A stretch of 64,000 nucleotides of DNA from positions 5,088,001 through 5,152,000 of the forward strand of contig OZ245842.1 in the NCBI GenBank assembly GCA_965228895.1, in the 5' to 3' direction. Positions 37,115 to 46,854 of the stretch are shown here, one piece after another. Under the pieces are notes generated by a model. The model saw nothing but the letters and a program-made list of their open reading frames with translations. It was not told the DNA's origin and searched no databases. Every line of letters starts with the position of its first letter. Within the stretch, counting starts at the first letter, position 1. The position numbers and the translations under genes are program-made. The DNA comes from Alphaproteobacteria bacterium. Its GTDB lineage: Bacteria > Pseudomonadota > Alphaproteobacteria > SP197.

Positions 37115-38041
37115 CTACACCGGCCGTTCGCCTTCGATGATGACCCGGCGCATGACGCGGCGCTGGCCGGGATAGTCGTTGTGGGCGTAATGCATGGCGC
37201 AGCGGTTGTCCCACATGGTGAGCGTGCCCGGCTGCCAGTGAACCCGGCAGGTGAACTCCGGCAGAATGGCTTGGGCCCACAGGTAACGCAGCAGCGGCAG
37301 GCTTTCTTCCTGGGTCATGCCGGCAAAGCGCGCGGCATAGGAATCGCAGACATAGAGCGCCTTGCGCCCGGTATCCGGATGGGTACGGGCAACCGGATGC
37401 TCGAACTCGTCGTCGTGCTTGGCGTTGCCACCAATGCCGGTGGGCGTCGACGTCTGGCCCTTAAATTCGGTCTGGCCCACGGGCGAATCGGCGCCATAGG
37501 AAAGCGCCGTCGAATGCATCGCCGACATCGGCTCCAGCAGGCGGCGCATGCCATCGGATAGCATCTCCCAGGCGAGATACTGGTTGGCGAACGACGTATC
37601 GCCACCGGTCTCGGGCGCCACCGCGCAATAGGTCATCGTGATCTTGGGCGGCCGTTCGAAGTTCGGCGAGTCGGAATGCCAGGAACCGCCGAAGTTGAAG
37701 ACGTCGGTGGGTTCGGAGATGAGCTCGGTCACCTCCGGATGATCGGCCATCGTCTTGGCGAACGGGTAGTCCATGAGCGGCCCGAAACGCCGGGCAAAGG
37801 CAACCTGCGCATTCGGCTCCAGGTTCTGATCGGGGAAGGTCAGCACCAGGTGATCGATCAGCGCGCGGTGAATCTCGGCAAAGCCGGCTTCATCCAGATC
37901 AGTCAGGTCGATACCCTCGACACGTGCGCCAAGCGCGCCGGAAAGTGGCGTCACCGCGATCCGATCGTAGTCGCCGGGATGTTGTTGCGGGTGATGGAGC
38001 GCGGCGCGCTGCATCTCATAGGTCTGTTGGTAACCGGGCAT
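37115..38041 (-). CDS. TauD/TfdA family dioxygenase (taurine/alkylsulfonate dioxygenase-like)
   Basis: PLSGALGARVEG, WHSD, GGDTSFAN, HPVARTHPDTGRKAL, WDNRCAMH; GGAGG RBS before MPGY. Confidence 0.9.
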   Translation of the reverse strand: MPGYQQTYEMQRAALHHPQQHPGDYDRIAVTPLSGALGARVEGIDLTDLDEAGFAEIHRALIDHLVLTFPDQNLEPNAQVAFARRFGPLMDYPFAKTMADHPEVTELISEPTDVFNFGGSWHSDSPNFERPPKITMTYCAVAPETGGDTSFANQYLAWEMLSDGMRRLLEPMSAMHSTALSYGADSPVGQTEFKGQTSTPTGIGGNAKHDDEFEHPVARTHPDTGRKALYVCDSYAARFAGMTQEESLPLLRYLWAQAILPEFTCRVHWQPGTLTMWDNRCAMHYAHNDYPGQRRVMRRVIIEGERPV

Positions 38042-38181
38042 GGTGCACCTCCCGAAAACCTCGTCCGACGAATGCTGATCCGGCAGGGCCGGCTTGTCAT
38101 GCGGATTCGTTCGAGACCATCTTGACAAAAGTTGAACGATTGTCCAGCTTTTGTTGTGTTGTTCGATCCGGAGGCTCCACC

Positions 38182-39012
38182 ATGACCATCGATGCCGCGA
38201 CCCTGATACGCCGCGATCTCTATCCCCTGGACGAGGCGGGAAATCCGAGGTGCGGCGCGATTGCCGCGCGCGCCAAGGCAGATCTGGATCGTGATCAGGT
38301 CTGCGTGCTCGAAGACTTCATTACCGATGCCGCGCGCCAGCAGATGATCGCCGATGTCATGGCGATCTTGCCTGAGGCCTTCACTAACCGGTCGCACCGC
38401 ACCTGTTTCTTGAACCAGCAGCCGGATCCCGAGTTACCGGCGGACCATCCGAAAAACATCTTCTTCGACGCCAGCTATCGCATGATGGCCTATGACCTGT
38501 TCGATCCCGATGGCGCACTGCCGGCCTTCTACCGGTGGGAGCCCTTGCGCCGCTTCGTCGCCGCTGTACTGGGCGAAGACAAACTCTATCTCAACGCCGA
38601 TCCCTACCAGCCCGCCAACGTGCTGTGCTACGGCGACGGCGACCGCTCGACCTGGCATTTCGACCGGGGCAACGAGTTCACGGTGACGTTGATGCTGCAG
38701 GAGCCGGTCGCCGGCGGCATCTTCGAGATCGCGCCGGAGATCCTGGAACGCCAAGACGATGACATCGTCGACATGGCACCGTTGGCGGCGGTCTTGAACG
38801 GTGACAAGACCAACGTCATCTCCGTGCCGCGCGCGCCGGGCTCGCTTGTCATCTTCCGCGGCGACCGCTCCTTGCATCGGGTCTCGCCGATCGAGGGCGA
38901 CCGTCTGCGGCTGATGGCCGTGCTGGTCTACGAGAAAGAGCCAGGCGTCATGGGCCGTCCCGAGGTGAACGCCACCGTCTACGGCCCCCGTGTGGTCGCC
39001 GGCGCGGCTTAA
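38182..39012 (+). CDS. 2OG-Fe(II) oxygenase, BesD/HalD-like fold, hydroxylase-type HxD motif
   Basis: DLYPLD N-terminus, WHFD, FTVTLMLQ..GGIFE, GSLVIFRG..LHRVSP, R..AVL; GGAGG RBS. Confidence 0.75.
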   Translation: MTIDAATLIRRDLYPLDEAGNPRCGAIAARAKADLDRDQVCVLEDFITDAARQQMIADVMAILPEAFTNRSHRTCFLNQQPDPELPADHPKNIFFDASYRMMAYDLFDPDGALPAFYRWEPLRRFVAAVLGEDKLYLNADPYQPANVLCYGDGDRSTWHFDRGNEFTVTLMLQEPVAGGIFEIAPEILERQDDDIVDMAPLAAVLNGDKTNVISVPRAPGSLVIFRGDRSLHRVSPIEGDRLRLMAVLVYEKEPGVMGRPEVNATVYGPRVVAGAA

Positions 39013-39102
39013 CCAGGTCAGGGCGTTCTAACGCATCGACGCCGGCGCGCCGGTCTGACAAAGTGTCGTTCGGCTTCGCTCAAGGCGTGCAGGAGGCATG
39101 GC

Positions 39103-39477
39103 GTGAGACGGTCTCGTATGAGGATTGGCGCGACGTGGTTGGCGGCCCTGACGTTGTCTCTTGCCGCTACGGCCTGTGATGCCGAGTCCGATGAGGCATC
39201 CTATCTGGGAACGTGGGATCCCGTCATGCTGACGCCACAGGGCGAGTTGACCGTCATACCGAATGGCGGCATCAGCTTCCGCGAAAACCAAGTCTGTTTC
39301 GTCCGATTTAGCGAGGAGTGCTACGACGCGAGCTATGCGCCGTACGCCGACACCATCGCTGTCGAAATGAACGCCGATCCCACGTACTACCTGCTCTACA
39401 TTCCCTTCGACGGCTACCTCGTCGTGCGGGAGATGAGCGACCGGCCAATCCTCTATGTCCGGCGCGACTCCGACTAG
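39103..39477 (+). CDS. Small hypothetical lipoprotein
   Basis: AGGAGG RBS, hydrophobic leader ending ATAC, YLGTW start of a beta-rich domain. Confidence 0.6.
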   Translation: MRRSRMRIGATWLAALTLSLAATACDAESDEASYLGTWDPVMLTPQGELTVIPNGGISFRENQVCFVRFSEECYDASYAPYADTIAVEMNADPTYYLLYIPFDGYLVVREMSDRPILYVRRDSD

Positions 39478-39490
39478 GGCTCAGGGCGCG

Positions 39491-40126
39491 CTACGCGCCT
39501 TCGCGCGAATAGACGATTATGGAGAGGAAACGGATGGGCAGGTCGTGCAGGTTCTCCGGTCCGTGGGGCGCGTCGGCATCGAAGAACAGGCTGTCGCCGG
39601 GCTCCATGGCGAAGGTCTGGCCGCCGTGGTGATAGTCCATGCGGCCTTCGACCAGGAACAGGAACTCCTGGCCGTCGTGCTGGAACAGCGGGAACACCTC
39701 GGAATGGTGACTTAGCGTGATCATGTAGGGCTCGACGGCCACCGCCTTGTTAACCGAATGCCCCAGCAGGGAATACTGGTGGCCTGCGCGGGTGCCGCGC
39801 CGCTCGATCTTCAGGCCGTCGCCGGCTTTGACGAAGGTCGCGTCGCGCTGTTCGTCAAAGCGTTGGAAGAGCGCCGTAAACGGAACATTCAGCGCGCGCG
39901 ATAGCGATTTGAGCGTGGTCAACGATGGCGAGGTCAGGCCGTTTTCGATTTTCGACAACATGCCGGTGCTCAAGCCCGCGAGCGACGCCAACTCGTTGAC
40001 GGTCATGCCCAGCTTCTTGCGAAGCGAGCGCACCTGATGGCCGATCGCGGCCTCCAGATTACGTTCGTCGGGCAGGGATCCGTGGGGATCCTGGACCAGT
40101 TGATTGCTTACCTTGTTCATGACCAT
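39491..40126 (-). CDS. XRE-family HTH regulator with cupin sensor domain (probable methylamine-cluster regulator)
   Basis: LSTGMLSKIENGLTSPSLTTL HTH, RRGTRAGHQY, FQHDGQEF, GDSLFFDADAPHGP. Confidence 0.9.
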   Translation of the reverse strand: MVMNKVSNQLVQDPHGSLPDERNLEAAIGHQVRSLRKKLGMTVNELASLAGLSTGMLSKIENGLTSPSLTTLKSLSRALNVPFTALFQRFDEQRDATFVKAGDGLKIERRGTRAGHQYSLLGHSVNKAVAVEPYMITLSHHSEVFPLFQHDGQEFLFLVEGRMDYHHGGQTFAMEPGDSLFFDADAPHGPENLHDLPIRFLSIIVYSREGA

Positions 40127-40235
40127 CTCCGGCGGCGCAGGAAGAATTTTGCTTCCCCGACTTTCCTACGCGGAAATTGGGCATTGGATCAATTGAGGTC
40201 ATGAATTTGATTGGGATGGCGCTTCGGCGCGGCGA

Positions 40236-40943
40236 TCAGGCCGACTGGGCAAGGCCGCGCAAGGCGGATAGACCAACGGGGCGACCCTCGAACTCAGCCA
40301 TGGCGTCGGTCAGACATTCCCACATGTAAACGCCCGATGCCGAATCGGCGACCATCAGGAGGCTATAGGTGGCGCCGAGGTCATGGCGGACCAGGATCGC
40401 GTTCATGCGCGCAACGCTTGTTTGGGCGATGGTGCCGTCGACAAAACGATGCGGCCTCAAATCGATACCGCACATCTTGGCCATCATCTCGGGGATGTGG
40501 CGGCCGGTGAGCGCCAGGCAGAAATTCGTATCGGCGCGTGGCACCGGGAAACACACGGCGTCCGGCATGGACCAGACGCCGGCCAGGCGATCGATGGTGT
40601 CGCTGGCGCCGTCGAGACCGGCCAGCATCAGCAGTTCGCCGGCGGACAGACGGCACGCGATCGACCCGTCGGCCTGAACCGTCGCCGTGTTCGGTTCACC
40701 CAGGCTGACGCCCTGGGCCATAGCCCAGCTCGCCATGTCCCAGCCCTTGTATCCGGCGCGCGGCAGGGCGGTGAGGTCGGTGATGCCAAGATTGGCCGCC
40801 GCACTCACCTCGCCGTCACCGCCGAAGGACATGGGGCACGCGAAACCGTTGACCTCCTCGTACTGGGCACCGAGCGAATCGAGCACGCGGTAGAGGTTGG
40901 AGCGGCGGACCAGGTCGGTCGGTTTGAGCGCGGCATCGGCCAT
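40236..40943 (-). CDS. soxG: N-methylglutamate dehydrogenase subunit D (MgdD) / sarcosine oxidase gamma-like
   Basis: Aminomethyltransferase-like fragment (KMCGIDLRP, AQTSVAR, YMWECLTDAM); last gene of the beta-delta-alpha-gamma operon. Confidence 0.8.
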   Translation of the reverse strand: MADAALKPTDLVRRSNLYRVLDSLGAQYEEVNGFACPMSFGGDGEVSAAANLGITDLTALPRAGYKGWDMASWAMAQGVSLGEPNTATVQADGSIACRLSAGELLMLAGLDGASDTIDRLAGVWSMPDAVCFPVPRADTNFCLALTGRHIPEMMAKMCGIDLRPHRFVDGTIAQTSVARMNAILVRHDLGATYSLLMVADSASGVYMWECLTDAMAEFEGRPVGLSALRGLAQSA

Positions 40944-40946
40944 GAT

Positions 40947-43859
40947 CTAGAGCTCCTGGCGCTGGTTGTCGGGATCATAGAAGGGCAGCGGCACGACCGT
41001 GCAGTCGACCATGCGTCCGCCCTCGACGCGGACCTGGAAACCGCTGCCGGGCTCGGCCTTCGCCAGCGGCACATAGGCAAGACCGATCGGTTTATCCAGG
41101 CTGGGCGACCAGCTGCACGACGTCACGCGCCCGGCAATGTCGCCGTCCTGGATCACCAGGTGGCATTCCTTCGGCAAGGGCGCGTCGTGATCGGGGATCT
41201 CGAAACCGACCAGCTTGCGGTCGAGATGCTTGCGCTGGATGTCGATCGAACGTTTGCCGACATAGAACGGACGTTTCTTGGCGAGCACCCATTCCATATC
41301 CGCTTCCAGCGGGTTGGTCAGACCGTCGGTGTCTTGGCTCACGATGATGTGGCCCTTCTCCAGGCGCAGCAGACGCTGGCATTCGACGCCGAAGGGTTTG
41401 ATGCCGTGCTCGGCGCCAGCCTCCATCAACGCATCCCACAGGGCTTCGCCGGAATGGGCGGGGGCGTGGATCTCGTAGCCGAGCTCGCCGACGAAACCGA
41501 CGCGCAACAGGCGCACGGGAATGCCGGCGACGACCGTCTGGCGCACGCCCATATAGGGGAAACCTTCAGCCGAGAGATCCTCGTCGGTCAGTTTCTGCAG
41601 GACGTCGCGTGACTTGGGTCCGGCGATGTTGACGCCGCAAAAAGCGCCGGTGACGTTGGTGACGTCGACCTTCAACCGCCACTGGGCATTCCAGAACAGC
41701 ATCTCGCGATAGACGCCGTCGACGCCGGACGTGGTCGCCGTGACGTAGAAGTGGTTGTCGTCGAAACGGCAGGCGACACCGTCATCGGTGATCACGCCGG
41801 TCATGTCGGTCATCAAAAGATACCGCGCCCGGCCTAGCTGCTGCTTCTTGTAGGCCCAGGTGTACATGCGCTCCAGCATCTCGGCGGCGTCGGGGCCGCG
41901 GATCTCCAGGCCGCCCAATGTCGAGACGTCGATCAGGCCGACATTTTCGCGCACGTTTTTCGCTTCGGCGCGGATCGCCATCTGCCGGTCGCTGCCGGCG
42001 TTGTAGACTTCCGGGCGATACCACAGACCGGCCAGCATCATGCTTGCGCCGGCTTCGCCGTGACGGTGGTGCATGGCGGTGAGCCGCGCGGGTTCGAAAC
42101 TGCGGCCGGCCAGCACGCCAATCTTCTCGGCGGTATAGGGCGGGCGCTGGGTTGTCATGCCGGCTTCGTTGACGCTGACCTCGTTGGCTTTCGCGTTCAG
42201 CCGGATCGCATTGAGCCAGGAGTGGCGGCCTTGGCTCGGCCCCATGCCGCAGGTCGAGAAGCGTTTCATCAGCTCGATATGGGCGTAACCCTCGGCGACC
42301 GCGTTGTTGAGGTCGTGGATCTGAAGGTCCTCGTCAAAGTCGACGAAGTCCTTGCCCTTGGGATGTTCGAACATCGGCCAGACGTGGTTCTGGCCGGTCT
42401 CGCCGCGATCGTTCCTGACCGTCGGGCGCGTGCCGCCGACAAAACCGGCGTCCTGCACCGCCGCCCAACCGGCCGCGCGTCCTTCCTCGATGACGGTGTC
42501 GAGCAGGAAGCATGCGTTGACCGAACCCGCCGCGTGCATCGTCGCCGGCAGTTCGGTGACGTGAAACATCGCGGTCTTGTCGTCATAGGGCGTCTTGCCG
42601 CCGGCATGCCAGATCAAGTTGGCGGCGGGCTGCCAGCCGATCGAGGTGATGATGGTGTCGCAATCGAAGATGTCGCGCCGTTCGGCGACCGTGCCTTGAC
42701 CGGTGATGCGTGCGATGCGCGCCGCCTCGATCCCGTTTAGATGCGGTTTGGCCTCGGCTTCGTAGATGGTCGCGCCGCCGATGATCGGCACACCGTGATC
42801 GGCGACCGCGTTGGCCAAGTCCGAGTCGTTGCGCGTCTCGTTCAAATCGGCAATGCAGGCGACCTCGACGCCGGCATCCATCAAATCCAGCGCGGTGGCG
42901 TAACCGTCGTTGTTGGCGGTCGCGATCACGGCGCGTTCGCCGGGTTTGACGCCATAGCGGTTCAACAGCCGCTGGGCGGCCGAGCCATACATGACGCCGG
43001 GCAGATCGTTGTTGCGGAACACCAGCGGCTGCTCATAGCTGCCGGTCGCGACGACGACAGATTTGGCGCGCAGCTTGTAGAGCCGGTTGCCCTGCATCAC
43101 CGGAATGAAGTTGTCGGTGTACCAGCCGTTGGCGATGGCACCTTCCAGGACGCGAATGTTGGCCTGGCCGCGCACCGCGTTGATCAGTTCGTCGCGGTGC
43201 TGTCCGGCAAGTTTGCCGTCGGCGTCAAACCTGGCATAGGTCAGCGCGCCGCCAAGCTGCGGGTTCTCGTCGATCAGGATGACCTCGACCTCACTGTTGG
43301 CGCGCGCCGCTTCCAGTGCCGCGGCAAGACCCGCCGGTCCGGCACCGACGACGCAGACATCGCAGAACAGATACTGCTTGTCGTAATAGCCGTGCGGTGT
43401 GTCGGGGTTCACCTTGCCCAGGCCCGCCATACGCCGGATCAGCTTTTCCCAGTACTTCCAACTGCCCTTCGGCTTGTAGAACGCCTTGTAATAGAAACCG
43501 ACGGGCATGAACTTGCCCATCTTGTCGAGCATCTGGGCGCGGTCGTTATCCAGGCTGCCGAAGACGTTTTGCGGCGTCACTGCCATGCCGGTTTTGATCG
43601 GCGCGATATCGGCATTGACGTTCGGCTCATCACCGACCTGCACCAGACCGTTGGCGTCGTGTCCGGCGGCTGAGAGTGTCGCGCGCGGGCGGTGATACTT
43701 GAACGAACGCGAGATCGTCTTGATGCCGTTGGCGTAGAGCGCCGAGGTGATGGTATCGCCCTCGAAGCCCATGTAGCGCTTGCCGTCGAAGCTGAAGTCG
43801 ATCCGGTCGTCGCGATTGATGAAGAGACCCTTGGGTGCGTCGAGACGGTTGCTGCTCAT
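40947..43859 (-). CDS. soxA: N-methylglutamate dehydrogenase subunit C (MgdC) / sarcosine oxidase alpha
   Basis: GDTITSAL, SRSFKYHRPR, GAGPAGL, GMGPSQG, DVSTLG, RVGFVGELGYE, LRLEKGH. Confidence 0.92.
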   Translation of the reverse strand: MSSNRLDAPKGLFINRDDRIDFSFDGKRYMGFEGDTITSALYANGIKTISRSFKYHRPRATLSAAGHDANGLVQVGDEPNVNADIAPIKTGMAVTPQNVFGSLDNDRAQMLDKMGKFMPVGFYYKAFYKPKGSWKYWEKLIRRMAGLGKVNPDTPHGYYDKQYLFCDVCVVGAGPAGLAAALEAARANSEVEVILIDENPQLGGALTYARFDADGKLAGQHRDELINAVRGQANIRVLEGAIANGWYTDNFIPVMQGNRLYKLRAKSVVVATGSYEQPLVFRNNDLPGVMYGSAAQRLLNRYGVKPGERAVIATANNDGYATALDLMDAGVEVACIADLNETRNDSDLANAVADHGVPIIGGATIYEAEAKPHLNGIEAARIARITGQGTVAERRDIFDCDTIITSIGWQPAANLIWHAGGKTPYDDKTAMFHVTELPATMHAAGSVNACFLLDTVIEEGRAAGWAAVQDAGFVGGTRPTVRNDRGETGQNHVWPMFEHPKGKDFVDFDEDLQIHDLNNAVAEGYAHIELMKRFSTCGMGPSQGRHSWLNAIRLNAKANEVSVNEAGMTTQRPPYTAEKIGVLAGRSFEPARLTAMHHRHGEAGASMMLAGLWYRPEVYNAGSDRQMAIRAEAKNVRENVGLIDVSTLGGLEIRGPDAAEMLERMYTWAYKKQQLGRARYLLMTDMTGVITDDGVACRFDDNHFYVTATTSGVDGVYREMLFWNAQWRLKVDVTNVTGAFCGVNIAGPKSRDVLQKLTDEDLSAEGFPYMGVRQTVVAGIPVRLLRVGFVGELGYEIHAPAHSGEALWDALMEAGAEHGIKPFGVECQRLLRLEKGHIIVSQDTDGLTNPLEADMEWVLAKKRPFYVGKRSIDIQRKHLDRKLVGFEIPDHDAPLPKECHLVIQDGDIAGRVTSCSWSPSLDKPIGLAYVPLAKAEPGSGFQVRVEGGRMVDCTVVPLPFYDPDNQRQEL

Positions 43860-44167
43860 GACGTCTCTCCCGGCGTCTGATCAGGTGGGGGCGCGTTAAA
43901 GTCGACGCGGTCTTTGTAAATGTCGCTCGCCGGATAGGTCTTCAGAATGTCATCGGTGCGCGTGTCGCGCTCGGCGATGAACCAATAGGCGGTCGGTGTG
44001 TGATACCACCACTCGCGCACGATGCCGGCCGTGTTGTTTTCCAGATAGACATAGTCGATCCACGTGTCTTCGTCGCAATCCGGCGCAGGCAACTCTTCCA
44101 CTTCGCCGCCATAGGCGAACTCGGAGATGTTGCGTGGCCCGTTGAGCGGGCAAGGCATGACTTTCAT
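43856..44167 (-). CDS. soxD: N-methylglutamate dehydrogenase subunit B (MgdB) / sarcosine oxidase delta
   Basis: CPLNGPRNISEFAYGGE, EWWYH, WFIAERDT. Confidence 0.9.
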   Translation of the reverse strand: MKVMPCPLNGPRNISEFAYGGEVEELPAPDCDEDTWIDYVYLENNTAGIVREWWYHTPTAYWFIAERDTRTDDILKTYPASDIYKDRVDFNAPPPDQTPGETS

Positions 44168-44179
44168 GGTCTTGTTCTC

Positions 44180-45436
44180 TCAGTGGCCGACGCTGGCGGC
44201 GCCCTTTTCGCCGACCAGCTTGAAGTCGTGATAACGCTGCAGGGCGAAGGGCGCGATCAGGTCAGGGACGTTACCGGTCGCCAGCATCTCGGCGTTGCGT
44301 TTGCCGCACACCGGTGTCGCCTTGAAACCCCAGGTGCCCCAGCCGGCGTCGATGTAATAGTTGTCGACCGGCGTCTCGCCCATGATCGGCGCGAAGTCCG
44401 GCGTCATGTCGGTCATGCCGGCCCATTGGCGCAACAGTTTGACCTCGCCGATATAGGGCAGGAGCTCGAGCATGTGCATCATCAGCCCCTCCTTGAAGTC
44501 GAGCGTGCTGCGGGTCTGGTAGACACCGTAGGGATCGGTCGATCCGCCCATGACCAGTTCGCCGCGCGCCGACTGCGAGACGTAAACGTGCAGGCTGCCC
44601 GAAACAACGATCGCGTCGAGGAAGGGTTTGAGCGGCTGGCTCACGCAAGCCTGGAGCGGCACGGTTTTGATCGGCAGCTTGAAACCCGCCATCTTGGCGA
44701 CCTCGCCCGACATGCCGGCGACCGCCTGCAGCACCTTGCCCGCCTTGATTGTGCCGCGCGTCGTCTTGACGCCGGTGATCTTCGGCGGTGCGCCGTTGGC
44801 CGGCGTGATGTCGAAGCCGGTGACTTCGGTGTTCTGATGGATCTCGACGCCGCGCTTGGCCGCGCCGACGCCGTAGCCCCAGGCGACGGCGTCGTGGCGC
44901 GCGATAGCGCCGGGCTCGTGGTAGAGCGCACCCATGATCGGATAACGCACGTCTTCGGAATAGTTGAGCTGCGGCACCATCTTCTGCAGCTCGTCGCGCA
45001 GCACGAGTTCGGAATTGATGCCGAAGTGTTTGTTAACCTCGGCGCGCCAACGCATGGTCCTGAGCGCCGAATCTGTATGGGCAAGCGTGTAATGGCCGCG
45101 CTTCGAATACATGAGGTTCATGTCGAAGTCGTTGGCCAGGTCCTGATAGAGCGTGACCGATTCGTCGTAGAACTTGACGCCTTCGGGCGTCAGATAATTC
45201 GAGCGGATGATCGTCGTGTTGCGGCCGGTGTTGCCGCCGCCGATATAGCCCTTGTCCAGCACCGCGACATTGGTGATGCCGTGGTCGCGGGCCAGATAAT
45301 AGGCGGTGGCCAAACCATGGCCGCCGCCCCCGACAATGACGATATCGTAGCTGTCTTTCAGATCGGTCGCCGGCGGCAACACGCGCGGCACCGGATGACC
45401 TTTGCTAAGCCCGAATTTGAGCAGTCCGAACGGCAT
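44180..45436 (-). CDS. soxB: N-methylglutamate dehydrogenase subunit A (MgdA) / sarcosine oxidase beta
   Basis: GGGGHGLATAYYLA, GNTGRNTTIIRSNY, ARHDAVAWGY, DMTPD, GWGTWGFKATP, GAASVGH. Confidence 0.92.
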   Translation of the reverse strand: MPFGLLKFGLSKGHPVPRVLPPATDLKDSYDIVIVGGGGHGLATAYYLARDHGITNVAVLDKGYIGGGNTGRNTTIIRSNYLTPEGVKFYDESVTLYQDLANDFDMNLMYSKRGHYTLAHTDSALRTMRWRAEVNKHFGINSELVLRDELQKMVPQLNYSEDVRYPIMGALYHEPGAIARHDAVAWGYGVGAAKRGVEIHQNTEVTGFDITPANGAPPKITGVKTTRGTIKAGKVLQAVAGMSGEVAKMAGFKLPIKTVPLQACVSQPLKPFLDAIVVSGSLHVYVSQSARGELVMGGSTDPYGVYQTRSTLDFKEGLMMHMLELLPYIGEVKLLRQWAGMTDMTPDFAPIMGETPVDNYYIDAGWGTWGFKATPVCGKRNAEMLATGNVPDLIAPFALQRYHDFKLVGEKGAASVGH

Positions 45437-45571
45437 GAACGTCCCCTCGCCTGACCTTGGCGCAAGCTAGATCAGCCCTGCGCACGAGTCCACGTCTTCT
45501 ATACCGCTTTACACCGATTCCGGACCATTTCAAGCCAATTCAGACCAGTCGTAGCGCATTGCAGGATTGTT

Positions 45572-46123
45572 TTACGACGCGACCTGTTGCGCCAGGAGAT
45601 CCTTGGCGGCGGCATCGAAGATGCCATGGTCACCCAGCGTCGAGGCCAACAGCATGGCGCCTTGCAGCGCCGCCACGATGTGAATTGCCCGGCTGCGGCG
45701 CTCGGCTGGCGGCAGGGACTCGGGCAGGGACTCGGTCAACCATTGAATGTTGGCCTCGAAGAAGGCGGCGACCGCATCGGCGAGCGCCGGCGGCAGGCCA
45801 CGGCTTTCCACGCCCAGCATGACGCACAGGCAAATGCGGTCGGACCCGACCAGGGCCTGGCGGTAGAGGCCGCAGAAGGTGCGCAGCCGATCCTCGGGCG
45901 TTTGCGCGCGTTTGGTCAGCGTCTCCAGCGCGGCAAAGAAGCGCTCGCGATAACGCGCGACAAGCGCCAGGCCGAGGTCCTCCTTCTGACGGAAGTAATA
46001 GTGGACGCTTGAACTCTTGATGCCGATCTCTTCGGCGAGATCGCGAAAACTGACAGCGTGATAGCCGCGCAGGCGCACATCGCTCTCGGCGGCATCCAGA
46101 AGGGTTTCCAGGGTTTCGCTCAT
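45572..46123 (-). CDS. TetR/AcrR family regulator (NemR-like)
   Basis: GYHAVSFRDLA..IGIKSSSVHYYF..KEDL, RICLC; divergent from a GST gene. Confidence 0.9.
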   Translation of the reverse strand: MSETLETLLDAAESDVRLRGYHAVSFRDLAEEIGIKSSSVHYYFRQKEDLGLALVARYRERFFAALETLTKRAQTPEDRLRTFCGLYRQALVGSDRICLCVMLGVESRGLPPALADAVAAFFEANIQWLTESLPESLPPAERRSRAIHIVAALQGAMLLASTLGDHGIFDAAAKDLLAQQVAS

Positions 46124-46144
46124 CGTCGTCTCACATTTTTCCGC

Positions 46145-46214
46145 ATCTATCGATAGATAGGCTTGACAGGTTTGTGGGTCCATGACAAATCTATCTACCT
46201 ATTGATAGATAGAT
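46145..46214 (+). promoter_or_regulatory. Divergent promoter with TetR-type operators
   Basis: Dyads ATCTATCGATAGAT (46145-46158) and ATCTATCTA-N8-TAGATAGAT (46189-46214) flank TTGACA at 46163. Confidence 0.7.
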
Positions 46215-46224
46215 GGAGGCGATC

Positions 46225-46845
46225 ATGAAGATTTACGACTACGAAGGTTTCCCGAACCCCGCCCGGGTGCGCATGGCCATCGCCGAAAAGGGGCTTGCCG
46301 ACCAGATCGAGTTCATCACCGTCGACGTGCCGAACGGTGAACACAAGAAACCGGCGTTTCTGGCCAAGAACCCGTCCGGCGCGGTACCGGTGCTGGAGCT
46401 TGATGACGGCGTCACGATTGCCGAATGCACGGCGATCACGGAATACCTGGATCACGCCGTCGGCGAACCGACGTTGACCGGGCGCACGCCCAGGGAACGC
46501 GCGGTCATTCACATGATGCAGCGGCGCGCTGAGGCCGGTTTGATGGACGCGGTCGGCGCCTATTTCCACCTCGCCACGCCGGGCCTTGGCCCCGACATCG
46601 AGACCTACCAGTGCGAGGTCTGGGGCAACCATCAACGCGAGCGTGCGGTGGCGGGCATGCGTTATCTCGACGGCGTGCTGGCCGACCGGCCCTATCTCGC
46701 CGGCGACGACTTCTCGGTTGCCGATATCACGGCCTTCGCCGGCCTGGCCTTTGCGGATTTCGCCAAGGTCGACGTGCCTGCGGCATGCACGAACCTCAAG
46801 GCATGGCGCGAACGTGTCGCGCAGCGCCCGAGCGCCGGCGGCTAA
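46225..46845 (+). CDS. Glutathione S-transferase family protein
   Basis: FPNPARVR, KNPSGAVPVLELDDG, AECTAI, YLAGDDFSVADI; GGAGG RBS. Confidence 0.9.
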   Translation: MKIYDYEGFPNPARVRMAIAEKGLADQIEFITVDVPNGEHKKPAFLAKNPSGAVPVLELDDGVTIAECTAITEYLDHAVGEPTLTGRTPRERAVIHMMQRRAEAGLMDAVGAYFHLATPGLGPDIETYQCEVWGNHQRERAVAGMRYLDGVLADRPYLAGDDFSVADITAFAGLAFADFAKVDVPAACTNLKAWRERVAQRPSAGG

Positions 46846-46854
46846 GCCTGTACC

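Noticed and set aside
38182-39012. Radical halogenase call for the BesD-fold oxygenase
   Set aside because: It retains HxD (WHFD), the hydroxylase-type motif, not HxG/A.
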